Position numbers and translations under genes: made by a program
Source: a virus
Taxonomy: Duplodnaviria > Heunggongvirae > Uroviricota > Caudoviricetes
IMG/VR virus record: IMGVR_UViG_2698536341_000022
Location: 1-33,070 of that record
Strand: one strand, 5' to 3'
DNA: 33,070 nt
Shown: piece by piece, positions 8,227 through 17,182 of the stretch
Numbering within the stretch: position 1 is the first letter of the stretch
Layout of the letters: each line of letters starts with the position of its first letter
Notes under the pieces: model-generated
What the model saw: only the letters and a program-made list of their open reading frames with translations
What the model was told of the DNA's origin: nothing
Database searches by the model: none

Positions 8227-10086
8227 TTAGTGAGGGCTGGTTATTACGTAGTCGCTCTGGTCATCCTCTCCCAGCCTCTCAGGTATTAAATCGTTGAAGG
8301 AAATAGTATTACTCTTAGGTTTTTCTTCAATTGGAAGTTCAGCTACCCTTAATTTGAGCGGCATGGGGCAGACGATACCACTAAAAATACAGGTTCCTGT
8401 AGATAGCGTTGGAATCGACTCTTCAGTCAGTCGATCTATATATGATACTGATTTTTCAATTGCGTACAGATCATTCTGATTAATAAGGCGATGAATAAAA
8501 TAATTGTGTGCTTGGGATATGATTGTCGACGATATATCATTAGGGCGTTGACTGGAAATTGTGATAAAAACTCCAAATTTTCTCCCCTCCTTTATGATTT
8601 CCTCAAAAGTTTCCAGACGATAATCTCTCCAACTTTCCGTTTCCCGAAAAGAAGTATTAGACAAAATATTGTGGGCTTCATCTATAATGATGTGCAGTGT
8701 AGATTTCTCTGTAGACATTTTCTTCATATTGTAAGCCCACTTGGCTATCAAAAGAGGAAGCGTTTTTTTCATGGTTATATTAACCATATTTAGATTCACA
8801 ACCGTGAAATTATGTTCACCCCAAAAGTCAGACTGTCCGGAAGTATCAAATATTTTGGCTATATCTTTACGGTTAGCACTCATTCTATTTATAACTGGTG
8901 AAATATGTTCAGGGTTAGACTTGTTAGATAAATATTCCTGTATTAACTGTAAGTACATAAAGTCCAACAGTTCTTCAATCATATCAGTTTTAAATAAAAA
9001 ATTGCTTGCAAGACTGAATAGATAGGAGCGCTCAGTATCAGCTTCTGTATTGAAAATACTACCACCCCTCAATTTCCATTTATATGCAGTTGAATGATAC
9101 TCAAGATCAGATATAAGTTCTGGGTCATCTTTGAAAATTGGGCTAAGAAACTGATTTATAGTATCGCATTTGGGTTTGTCGCTACTAAAGAGATTTTGTC
9201 TGACTTTTTTCTTCAGGATATTGCGCATAAACTCAAGAGGATTATCAGCAGTCATCACTTTCTTGCGAAACTCAAGAACTCTCTTCAGGAAAGGTTTCTG
9301 TGTTTTGTCTGTTGCATCGGTTAGAACTGAGAGCATATCATGCTCAAGTAGAACCTCTCTGGGTAGAGGAAGTTTGTCACCATTTGCATGGTGCGTGTTG
9401 AGATTATAAACCGTCTTCTCGTCAGTAATACAGCGTGGGGCAGTATATTCTCCATTAAAGTCGAATAGAATAAATTTGCATCTTTCACTAAAGTGGTTGC
9501 CGAGAATATGTTTAACTTGGGCAATACCTGCTTTGTATAGCGCGGCTAGGGTATTTGACTTTCCGCTGCCTGTATTACCGAAAATGGCAATGTGGGAATT
9601 AATAAGACCATTGATTGGTAGTGCAATTTCAATATCTTCAAGATCTGTACGAGTAAACCTCATTACAGTTTCGTCTGCATTAGCTATCTGATGAACCGTT
9701 TGTATCATCTCTTCAGTTACCACGAAGACTTCATTGCCGATGAGAGGTAGTTCACGCGAACCACCAATGAAGCAACCAGTACGATCAATGTAACCCGTAA
9801 GAGTAGAGGTCAGGTATCGCCGATATCGCCAGGCATCACTGCCGCTCCCAGCGAGATGTTTTTCCTCAATGATTCGTTCCGCTTCAACCTTGCCGATCAG
9901 GCTCATGAAACCTTTTTTGATCTCAATGAAGCTACCCACTGATACATTTCTTAGAACTTTTCCCTGATAAAACAAGTCACTGAGATTTTTGTTTTTATCG
10001 ACCAAAATTGTCACAGCGCGTCCAGAAACCTCACAGACTTCGCCTATACGGAGCACCGCTTCCTCTTCAGTAAAATGCCTGCTCAT
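8227..10086 (-). CDS. herA: HerA-like P-loop ATPase/helicase of the SIR2-HerA anti-phage system (619 aa)
   Basis: Walker A GNTGSGKSN and Walker B IIIDEAHN in a DUF87/HerA-FtsK-like arrangement; ATG 10086 overlaps the SIR2 stop (ATGA) with a GGGAGG RBS. The track ORF extends to GTG 10107. Confidence 0.85.
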   Translation of the reverse strand: MSRHFTEEEAVLRIGEVCEVSGRAVTILVDKNKNLSDLFYQGKVLRNVSVGSFIEIKKGFMSLIGKVEAERIIEEKHLAGSGSDAWRYRRYLTSTLTGYIDRTGCFIGGSRELPLIGNEVFVVTEEMIQTVHQIANADETVMRFTRTDLEDIEIALPINGLINSHIAIFGNTGSGKSNTLAALYKAGIAQVKHILGNHFSERCKFILFDFNGEYTAPRCITDEKTVYNLNTHHANGDKLPLPREVLLEHDMLSVLTDATDKTQKPFLKRVLEFRKKVMTADNPLEFMRNILKKKVRQNLFSSDKPKCDTINQFLSPIFKDDPELISDLEYHSTAYKWKLRGGSIFNTEADTERSYLFSLASNFLFKTDMIEELLDFMYLQLIQEYLSNKSNPEHISPVINRMSANRKDIAKIFDTSGQSDFWGEHNFTVVNLNMVNITMKKTLPLLIAKWAYNMKKMSTEKSTLHIIIDEAHNILSNTSFRETESWRDYRLETFEEIIKEGRKFGVFITISSQRPNDISSTIISQAHNYFIHRLINQNDLYAIEKSVSYIDRLTEESIPTLSTGTCIFSGIVCPMPLKLRVAELPIEEKPKSNTISFNDLIPERLGEDDQSDYVITSPH

Positions 10087-11126
10087 CTCGAGCCTCCCAG
10101 ATAGCACGTGATAATGTTATTCATTACCGGAAAATCAACATTTCTTCCCGGCCGATAAATAATCTCTACGTTTGAGTAATCCCGAAATTTCTCCATAAAG
10201 CCGTTAACACTGGCCTCATCGAAAGCAAAGATCAGTAGCTTCAGGGTGGCGTTGCGCAGGGCTTTTTTAGTTATCGTTTCAATGTGCTCATCAGCAAACG
10301 AGAACCCAAAGACAATTAGTAAAGTTGCTTCTTTATCAAGCTCGTTGGAATAGGTTCTCAGTAAATCATAATAAACGTTCTGTAGTAGAGTCTCTTTAAA
10401 CTTCTCCTTACGTGGAAGAATAAGTGCATGAGCAAGTACCCATCCTTTCATTTCGGCTAGGGTGGGAAAGTCAAGCGGCTTAATATCTGCAATACGATAA
10501 ATGATTTTCCCTTTAGAATGCTGCCAAGAGAGCGAACCATGAAGTTTTATAAGGTTAACAGTAGGAAGCTCAACTTTATAATTATACAGATTTCCGGTTG
10601 CACTTACAGAATGATTAAAGCTACCCGCATCAAATTCCGCATCTCCCAAAATACTTGCTCTTCTATTGAATCCATCATTAAAAAGAATATTGTTATTACG
10701 TGTGGCAGCTTCTTCGATGAATAAATCATAATTAGTTGTAAAAACGTTAATACGCCTCGGAAGTAGGCCAGTTCGGCGGCGGGTCAGTATCTTTTCCAGT
10801 GAAGACATAAATGCATCATAATTTGCACGGGTACATTCCAAATCGGTGATCACCTGAGGTGCGAAGGGGGTGCCGTAGCCGCGCTTCAACATGCATTCAT
10901 GAGGTAGCCAAACATCTGACAAAAAGTCAGCTGCCATCCTTAAGTATTCATCTTCCTGTTCATCATTAATAAGCTGCTGAAGATCCGTTTCGATTGTCCC
11001 CAGTACTTTAATCGCTGGGAGGGATGCACCTGATCCGATGAGAAAGTTAATGTTAGCTGACTGAAATATCCGCTCTAAGTAGTCTCGGTCACTATCGTTA
11101 CCGTAGTATGCGCGCTTGACTGCCAT
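10083..11126 (-). CDS. SIR2-like NAD-consuming domain protein of the SIR2-HerA anti-phage system (347 aa)
   Basis: Motifs FLIGSGAS, TTNYD and KLHGS are hallmarks of defence-type SIR2 domains; ATG 11126 with AAGGA RBS (track ORF starts at TTG 11141); directly upstream of and overlapping herA. Confidence 0.85.
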   Translation of the reverse strand: MAVKRAYYGNDSDRDYLERIFQSANINFLIGSGASLPAIKVLGTIETDLQQLINDEQEDEYLRMAADFLSDVWLPHECMLKRGYGTPFAPQVITDLECTRANYDAFMSSLEKILTRRRTGLLPRRINVFTTNYDLFIEEAATRNNNILFNDGFNRRASILGDAEFDAGSFNHSVSATGNLYNYKVELPTVNLIKLHGSLSWQHSKGKIIYRIADIKPLDFPTLAEMKGWVLAHALILPRKEKFKETLLQNVYYDLLRTYSNELDKEATLLIVFGFSFADEHIETITKKALRNATLKLLIFAFDEASVNGFMEKFRDYSNVEIIYRPGRNVDFPVMNNIITCYLGGSR

Positions 11127-11550
11127 CTTATCCTTCCACAAAACATTGGATTAGTCTGTAATTTATTTAATCTTAACGCCGAGCTCAATACTTTAACATC
11201 ACTTCTTCTGGCGATTGCTATGAGCCCTTCTTGATAAAAAGTTCGATCGGGAAACTGATCCTTTATGCCACAAGTTTTCTAGCTATCCTCAAAAAATTGG
11301 TGTTAAAACTGTGCCAACAAAGTTGCAAGGTTCGCTTCTCGCTCACAGCGAACTTTCATCTTTGTAAACCCGTATGATTCGCTTTTCAGCAGTCATTCAG
11401 ATACGGATTTACGCTTCCCTTGGCAGCGCATGACTATGACGCATGAGATCGCATGATCGTTTGAGGATCGTTTTTGCTGAAGTCAGCCAGAACTGGCGTG
11501 CTTTTGCTTATGTCATGCAGGTGCATGAAAACCACTACATAAAGCGGGCA

Positions 11551-11569
11551 GGCGTGGCGGGGATACGAG
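11551..11569. other. Candidate cos (cohesive end) site, 186/P2-like
   Basis: GGCGTGGCGGGGA matches the first 13 nt of the 19-nt cohesive end as I recall it for 186 (GGCGTGGCGGGGAAAGCAT); the last 6 nt diverge. It lies in a 580-bp non-coding stretch. Recalled from memory, not searched. Confidence 0.35.
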
Positions 11570-11721
11570 CGCGCGCTAAGTCATATAAGAGTTATATATT
11601 GATTTGATTGCTGGACATGCATACAGTATCGCTCTATCATCTAATAAATCTTAGAGTATTTGACAATGTTTGGATAAAATGGAACCTAACTTATTCATAA
11701 TCCGCTAAACAGGGATGTCAG

Positions 11722-12636
11722 ATGCCATACCAATTGGTAGAGCTTAGCCCCGTAGCTAACGATCTTGAACAGTTAGGAACCAAAGAGAAGTTTTGGTTCT
11801 ATTTCTCCGATGACACTGTAAATTTGCAGTTGTTTAAGTACTCTAGGCCAGGTACTGGCGAGCATTGGTCTGAAAAGTGTGCTGCTGAGTTATGTCATTT
11901 GCTTAACATTCCACATGCTAGCTATGATTTGGCGCGATACAATGGTCGATTCGGTGTGGTGACTCAGAATATCATTCCATCTGGTTTCCGGATGGTAATG
12001 GGAAATGAAGTGCTTCACAGTTCGACATTCGATTATCCTGGGTCTTTACAAGCCGGGGAAAAGCCGGTAAGGGTCAGAGAACACACTGTCACAAGGGTAT
12101 TGGGTTGTTTAGATAGGGAATCTATCAAGCCTCCTCCGAGTGTATATGATCTAACCGGGCTAAATGCAGCAGATGTATTTTGTGGATATTTGATGCTCGA
12201 TGCACTTGTGAGTAATCAAGATCGCCATCATGAAAATTGGGCGATCATGCTTAACAATGAAACTGGTGAGCAGTTTTTGTGTCCAACATACGATCATGCC
12301 GCTAGTTTAGGAAGGGAGATGTTAGATGATGAGCGTAACGAACGGCTTAATACTAAAGATAAAAATCGACAAATCCCATGTTTTGTAAGAAAAGCTCGCT
12401 CTGAGCTATTCAAAGCAAAAACTGATAAAAAGCCCTTGCTGACCGTTGAAGCATTTCAACATGCAGTTGAAGGGAGAGTTGCCGCTCGCGACCATTGGTT
12501 AGGTAAGTTGAGCGTTTTAACAGAAGATTCCATTACAGATGTGTTTAACCAAGTGCCTTCATCGTGTATATCCGACAGTGCACGTAGATTTGCAACGTTA
12601 ATGGTAATGGAAAATCGCAGAAGGTTACTAGAATGA
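11722..12636 (+). CDS. HipA/HipT-like Ser/Thr kinase-fold protein (304 aa); first gene of a candidate two-gene defence/toxin module
   Basis: P-loop-like LGTKEKFWF near the N-terminus, catalytic-loop-like SNQDRHHENW and a downstream PTYDH motif, in the order seen in HipA_C kinases; lacks the long HipA N-domain (HipT-like length). Stop overlaps the next start (ATGA). Confidence 0.6.
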   Translation: MPYQLVELSPVANDLEQLGTKEKFWFYFSDDTVNLQLFKYSRPGTGEHWSEKCAAELCHLLNIPHASYDLARYNGRFGVVTQNIIPSGFRMVMGNEVLHSSTFDYPGSLQAGEKPVRVREHTVTRVLGCLDRESIKPPPSVYDLTGLNAADVFCGYLMLDALVSNQDRHHENWAIMLNNETGEQFLCPTYDHAASLGREMLDDERNERLNTKDKNRQIPCFVRKARSELFKAKTDKKPLLTVEAFQHAVEGRVAARDHWLGKLSVLTEDSITDVFNQVPSSCISDSARRFATLMVMENRRRLLE

Positions 12637-13373
12637 CTAATACAAACTCCGTTTACGTCGCATGGCAGGCACCAGATACCAGAGACTGGCATGTTGTTGG
12701 TAACTTGCAAGAGCGCAAATCGGGGTATGTTTTCAGGTATACCAAAGGTGCTCTCAAATCTACTAAATTTACAAAGTTTAGCGGCATGAGTGATGTTCGT
12801 GAAACTTATGTTTCGGAAGAATTGTTTCCTCTTTTTAAAAATCGCCTTTTATCACCGAGACGTCCAGAGTATCCGAGTTTCATTAAATGGCTTGGATTTG
12901 AAGAAGATAAGGTAAATCCTATCGATATTCTTGCTCGCTCGGGAGGCTTACGAAGCACTGATCAGCTGCAGATTTTCAAAAAAATTGATGTTGATTCTGA
13001 TGGTAACTTTGAGCATTTTTTCTTCTTACATGGACTTGGTTACTTAAATAGCTTAGCTAATGCTCGTGTATCTGAATTGAAACCGGGGCAAATTTTGCGT
13101 CTTTGCTTGGATCTTCAAAATGAATACGATGGGGATGCTGTTGTCGTTCGTGCAGATAAACCAGCTGAAATCGTTGGTTACTGCCCTAGGTATTTAAGTA
13201 ATGATATCAAGAAGATGTTATTGGATGATCCAAAATCAATCACTTTAACGGTCGAAAAGATTAGCGATGATGCTCCTCATAACTATCGGTTATTATGTAA
13301 ATTATCAGGAGTACTAAGCCAAGCCTGTCAATCGACGCTGATTCCTCAGGATGAGTTTGAACCTATTGAGTAA
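12633..13373 (+). CDS. Protein with HipA-N/HipS-like N-terminal domain and C-terminal HIRAN-like domain (246 aa)
   Basis: N-terminal LFPLFKNRLLSPRRPEY resembles the HipA N-domain motif (F-x-N-L-L-P-E-G-x-x-R); C-terminal LKPGQILRLCLDLQNEYDGDAVVVRADKPAEIVGYCPRYLSNDIKKML matches the HIRAN signature (NPYD-x-NAI-x-V ... G-Y-x-P). Translationally coupled to the kinase gene. Confidence 0.55.
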   Translation: MTNTNSVYVAWQAPDTRDWHVVGNLQERKSGYVFRYTKGALKSTKFTKFSGMSDVRETYVSEELFPLFKNRLLSPRRPEYPSFIKWLGFEEDKVNPIDILARSGGLRSTDQLQIFKKIDVDSDGNFEHFFFLHGLGYLNSLANARVSELKPGQILRLCLDLQNEYDGDAVVVRADKPAEIVGYCPRYLSNDIKKMLLDDPKSITLTVEKISDDAPHNYRLLCKLSGVLSQACQSTLIPQDEFEPIE

Positions 13374-13379
13374 ATGAAG

Positions 13380-13403
13380 AAAAGCCACCAAACGGTGGCT
13401 TTT
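13380..13403. terminator. Bidirectional rho-independent terminator between the kinase-HIRAN operon and portal gene Q
   Basis: Inverted repeat AAAAGCCACC / GGTGGCTTTT with a short loop, flanked by T-runs on both strands, in the 34-bp gap between convergent stops. Confidence 0.7.
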
Positions 13404-13407
13404 CTTA

Positions 13408-14445
13408 TTATGGGACTATATCTAGCGAGTAGGTATTAAACTGTATCGCCTCCTTGCCAAGCCAATCATTCATCTCCTGTAATCGCTTTTGTAGTGGCAT
13501 TAGCTCATTTCGGACGAATACACGGCTTGCCTTCTCCACATCCCCAAACCCCCCAACATTATTCGGCATAATCCCCATCATTTGCGGCGGTACACGATGC
13601 GCCGCCATCATGTCGTCCCGGCTTACGTTCTTGATGTTCAGAAACTCATCCTTTGCCGCCACTTCTGACAGCGGGATGATCTGAAGCCCGTCCTTTTTGC
13701 CGTTAGGCGAGTACATAAACAGGTTGCGGAAGTTGCCCGGACCTTTGGCGCTTTTCATCGCGTTGCGGAGGTTGTTCACATCCTCCTGGTTCTGAGCGGC
13801 ATCGGTCATGTACATTATGAATCCTGCATGGCTGCCATTAATATAATATTTGCGTCGGAACAGCGTGGCGGACTCGTTGAGCAGGGCTGACGGAATGGCA
13901 GAAAGATAGCCGGGCAGGCCGTAGATCTCCTGGTTGATATCGGGTTCCATCAGATGAAAGATGCTGCCTTTCGTGAACTGATACGGCTGGGTTGTCATAC
14001 CGTATTGCACAAACCAGTAGGTATCCAGGTCTAACCCGCGTCGGGTGTATTTTGCCAGCGCAGGCTCAAGGGCGATAATTTCACCGAACCGGTTCGTGCG
14101 TTTCTCCAGGTAGGCGTTACCAAATACCAGATAGTCCTGCACAAAACGTGAAAAAGCCTGCTGGCTGAGCAGCGGGTGAGGGATGTAGGTGCTGGTCAGA
14201 ATGTTGCATTTCACCGCAATCGGTGAGCTATGATGCACGGCGGCGCGGAAGGTTCGCGCCAGTCCGTCGAAACTCACTGGTGGCTCATACCAGCGGTCCA
14301 TCTGTACGCATTCCACATAGTCCAGTAATTCGCGGCGGTCCAGAACAGGAACGGGATCGCCGAAGCTGAATGCTTCGGCTGAAGTCTGGCTTTTATGCTG
14401 GATCTGATTCATCGCCGCTGCGCGGTTTTTCTTACGCTTTCCCAT
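13408..14445 (-). CDS. Q: Portal protein (P2 gpQ family)
   Basis: Position downstream of P on the same strand, size of about 345 aa, P2 synteny; ATG 14445 overlaps the P stop. Confidence 0.85.
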   Translation of the reverse strand: MGKRKKNRAAAMNQIQHKSQTSAEAFSFGDPVPVLDRRELLDYVECVQMDRWYEPPVSFDGLARTFRAAVHHSSPIAVKCNILTSTYIPHPLLSQQAFSRFVQDYLVFGNAYLEKRTNRFGEIIALEPALAKYTRRGLDLDTYWFVQYGMTTQPYQFTKGSIFHLMEPDINQEIYGLPGYLSAIPSALLNESATLFRRKYYINGSHAGFIMYMTDAAQNQEDVNNLRNAMKSAKGPGNFRNLFMYSPNGKKDGLQIIPLSEVAAKDEFLNIKNVSRDDMMAAHRVPPQMMGIMPNNVGGFGDVEKASRVFVRNELMPLQKRLQEMNDWLGKEAIQFNTYSLDIVP

Positions 14446-16211
14446 CAAAAAATCTCCACAATATTACTGGTATTGGCGGACTCGCCTTGCAGTGGTTCGT
14501 TAAACAGTGCGTGCATTGTTGCCCAGGCCAGATCGGCGTGGCTGGCTTCTTCGCTGCGGCTGGCTTCATAGGTCGGGCGGTTGCCACTGGCGGTGGTGGC
14601 GCGACGGATTGCCATAAATGACTGCGCTATGTCGGTGTGTCCGGCGTCAAACTCCAGACGGCGGTGGCTGATAATGTCGTAGGCCTTGAGTACCAGAGCG
14701 TTTTTAACGTTGGGGTTGTAGACAAACTCCCGGACGGCAGGAAAGAACGCTTTCACGTTCTCATAAACCCCGTGACCGACGCCTGTCGAGTCAATGCCGA
14801 TATAGGTCACGTTGTACTGCTCGGTCAGTTTTTTGATGGCGTCAGCCTGGGCGCGGAAGTCCATTCCGCGCCACTGGTGACGCTCAAGAATGCGGAACTT
14901 ACCGCCCGGCACGGCTGGCGGTGCCACCACCACGCACCCGGCGCTGTCGCCGTTTTGCGTACCTTTTGCCGGGTCATAACCGATCCACACTTCGCGCCAG
15001 CCAAACGGGCGCAGCGCCAGTGCATGAAAGTCGGTCCAGACTTCCCAGCTGTCCACCATGCACCCCTGCAGCTCGCTGAGCGGGAACACGGACGCGAGAT
15101 CGTCCACGAACTCACACATCAGCAGGTTCTGGTATTCATCCGGGCTGTATTCCATGCGTAACTGGTCGAGGTCGAACAAGTTGCAGCCGCCGCGCACCGC
15201 ATCTTCCACAGTGACTATCTGGCGGTACTGCCCGTCTGCGCACAGCAGGCCGGGGGCCAGATTGCTGTGGGACAGGTCGATGTCCACCTTGTCGGCTTTG
15301 TTGCGTCCACGGTTGAACAGCGCACCGGACCAGAACGGATAAGCACTGTGGGTCAGGCTGGATGGCGTGGAAAAATAGGTTTGTCGCCATTTTTTGTGAA
15401 TAGCCATACCGGAAGCCACTTTGCGCAGCTCCTGGAATTTCGGTATCCAGAAATATTCATCCAGATACAGGTTACCGTGATAACTCTGGGCTGTGCGGGC
15501 ATTGGTGCCGAGGAAGTAAAGCGTGGCCCCGTTAGGAAGCACCATCGGATCGCCTTTCAGCTCCACCTCCACTTCTTTGGCGAAGTCGATGATGTACTGC
15601 TTAAAGACGTGGGCCTGTGCCTTACTGGCGGAAAGGAAAATCTGGTTACGTCCGGTCAGCAGGGCGTCAATCAGGGCTTCACGGGCAAAGTAAAAGGTCG
15701 CGCCGATCTGGCGTGACTTCAGCAGGTTGCGGATGCGGTTGGTTTTTCCGGCTTCCCACCAGTGGCGCTGGTAGTTGAACATGGAGGAGTGGAAGATTTC
15801 TTCCAGCTTCTCAATTTGTTCATCGGTGAAAACGTTCTTTTCCGGCTGACGGCGCGGGCCTTTGTTGCGGTTGGCGACGTTAGGGTTTAAGTCGGCTTCG
15901 TTACCGCCATTGTTAAACTTGCCGATGCGCGCGTGGCGCTCCGACTGGCGCGCCAGCAGGTCAATTTCTTTGAAATCTTTCCCTTCTTTGTGCTCCTTCA
16001 TAATGAGCTGGCAGTAGCGTGCGGCGGTGGTGAGCTGCATCTGATCCAGCGGCCCATAGTCACCCCACTTGTCGCGTTTTTTCCAGCTGTGAACGGTTGC
16101 AACTTTCTCGCCCAGCATTTCAGCAATGCGGGCTACGCGGTATCCCTGAAAGTACAGCAGCATGGCCTGCCGACGGGGATCGAGATCTGCGGGTGTCAGT
16201 GTGGTGTTCAT
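14445..16211 (-). CDS. P: Terminase large (ATPase) subunit (P2 gpP family, 588 aa)
   Basis: Size and position divergent from the O-N-M-L operon, as in P2. Confidence 0.85.
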   Translation of the reverse strand: MNTTLTPADLDPRRQAMLLYFQGYRVARIAEMLGEKVATVHSWKKRDKWGDYGPLDQMQLTTAARYCQLIMKEHKEGKDFKEIDLLARQSERHARIGKFNNGGNEADLNPNVANRNKGPRRQPEKNVFTDEQIEKLEEIFHSSMFNYQRHWWEAGKTNRIRNLLKSRQIGATFYFAREALIDALLTGRNQIFLSASKAQAHVFKQYIIDFAKEVEVELKGDPMVLPNGATLYFLGTNARTAQSYHGNLYLDEYFWIPKFQELRKVASGMAIHKKWRQTYFSTPSSLTHSAYPFWSGALFNRGRNKADKVDIDLSHSNLAPGLLCADGQYRQIVTVEDAVRGGCNLFDLDQLRMEYSPDEYQNLLMCEFVDDLASVFPLSELQGCMVDSWEVWTDFHALALRPFGWREVWIGYDPAKGTQNGDSAGCVVVAPPAVPGGKFRILERHQWRGMDFRAQADAIKKLTEQYNVTYIGIDSTGVGHGVYENVKAFFPAVREFVYNPNVKNALVLKAYDIISHRRLEFDAGHTDIAQSFMAIRRATTASGNRPTYEASRSEEASHADLAWATMHALFNEPLQGESANTSNIVEIF

Positions 16212-16257
16212 GGCACAAACCTACAGCCTTGAATGACGGCTTTCCCCGCCTGCGGTT

Positions 16258-16275
16258 TGTGTGGTTGTCGGTACA
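16258..16275. promoter_or_regulatory. Ogr/Delta-type late activator box (TGT-N12-ACA) in the divergent P / O promoter region
   Basis: TGTgtggttgtcggtACA in the 142-bp gap between the P and O start codons; P2 late promoters carry this dyad. Confidence 0.6.
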
Positions 16276-16353
16276 AATACCGCGCATTGTTTCACTGCCC
16301 CCATCACCGCAACCATAAGGCTCCAGTAAGTTTTTTCTAACGGAGCACGGCTC

Positions 16354-17166
16354 ATGACAGTGAAAACAAAACGTTTTCGCATCGGGGTGGAAGGTGCCAC
16401 CACCGACGGACGCGAAATCCAGCGTGAATGGCTGGAACAGATGGCAGCCAGCTACAACCCGGCGGTGTATACCGCGCTGATTAACCTTGAGCACATCAAG
16501 TCTTATCTGCCGGACAGCACCTTTAACCGCTACGGCAAGGTGACGGCGCTGTTTGCTGAAGAAATCACGGAAGGTCCGCTGGCAGGCAAGATGGCGCTGT
16601 ATGCCGACGTTGAGCCAACGGAGTCCCTGGTGGAACTGGTGAAAAAAGGCCAGAAATTATTCACCTCTATGGAAGTCAGCCCGAAGTTTGCTGATACGGG
16701 CAAAGCCTACCTGGTCGGCCTGGCTGCCACTGATGACCCTGCCAGTCTGGGTACGGAAATGCTGACATTCAGCGCCAGTGCAGCCCATAACCCGCTGGCA
16801 AACCGCAAGCAGAATCCCGCCAATCTTTTTACCGCTGCAGAGGAAACGGTGATCGAACTGGAAGAAATCCAGGAGGACAAACCGTCCCTGTTTGCCCGTG
16901 TCACGGCGCTGTTTACCAAAAAAGAGCAGTCCGATGACGCCCGGTTCTCTGATGTGCATAAGGCCGTGGAGCTGGTCGCCACTGAGCAGCAAAACCTGAG
17001 TGTGCGTACCGAAAAATCCCTGTCTGAGCTGGAGACTGCCCTGCAGGCACAGCAGACCGCCTTTAACGAACTGGTGAATAAGCTGAGTCATGAAGACAGC
17101 CGCCAGGACTACCGCCAACGTGCAACAGGCGGTAACGCCCCCGCTGACACTCTGACCAATTGCTGA
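16354..17166 (+). CDS. O: Capsid scaffolding protein (P2 gpO family)
   Basis: FRIGVEG...INLEH...YLVGLAATDDPASLGTE matches my recollection of P2 gpO; GGAG RBS. Confidence 0.85.
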   Translation: MTVKTKRFRIGVEGATTDGREIQREWLEQMAASYNPAVYTALINLEHIKSYLPDSTFNRYGKVTALFAEEITEGPLAGKMALYADVEPTESLVELVKKGQKLFTSMEVSPKFADTGKAYLVGLAATDDPASLGTEMLTFSASAAHNPLANRKQNPANLFTAAEETVIELEEIQEDKPSLFARVTALFTKKEQSDDARFSDVHKAVELVATEQQNLSVRTEKSLSELETALQAQQTAFNELVNKLSHEDSRQDYRQRATGGNAPADTLTNC

Positions 17167-17182
17167 TGGAGCACAAAACCTG

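Noticed and set aside
8294-9691. Several 60-100-aa plus-strand ORFs within the herA region
   Set aside because: All are antisense to the HerA-like ATPase gene, whose Walker motifs confirm the minus-strand frame.
11126-11141. Upstream TTG start for the SIR2 gene and upstream GTG (10107) for herA given by the ORF track
   Set aside because: Internal ATG codons at 11126 and 10086 have canonical RBSs and, for herA, form an ATGA overlap with the SIR2 stop; the extensions add residues with no RBS support.
14637-15716. Plus-strand ORFs (174, 94 and 149 aa) inside terminase gene P
   Set aside because: Antisense shadow ORFs of the terminase large subunit; no independent support.
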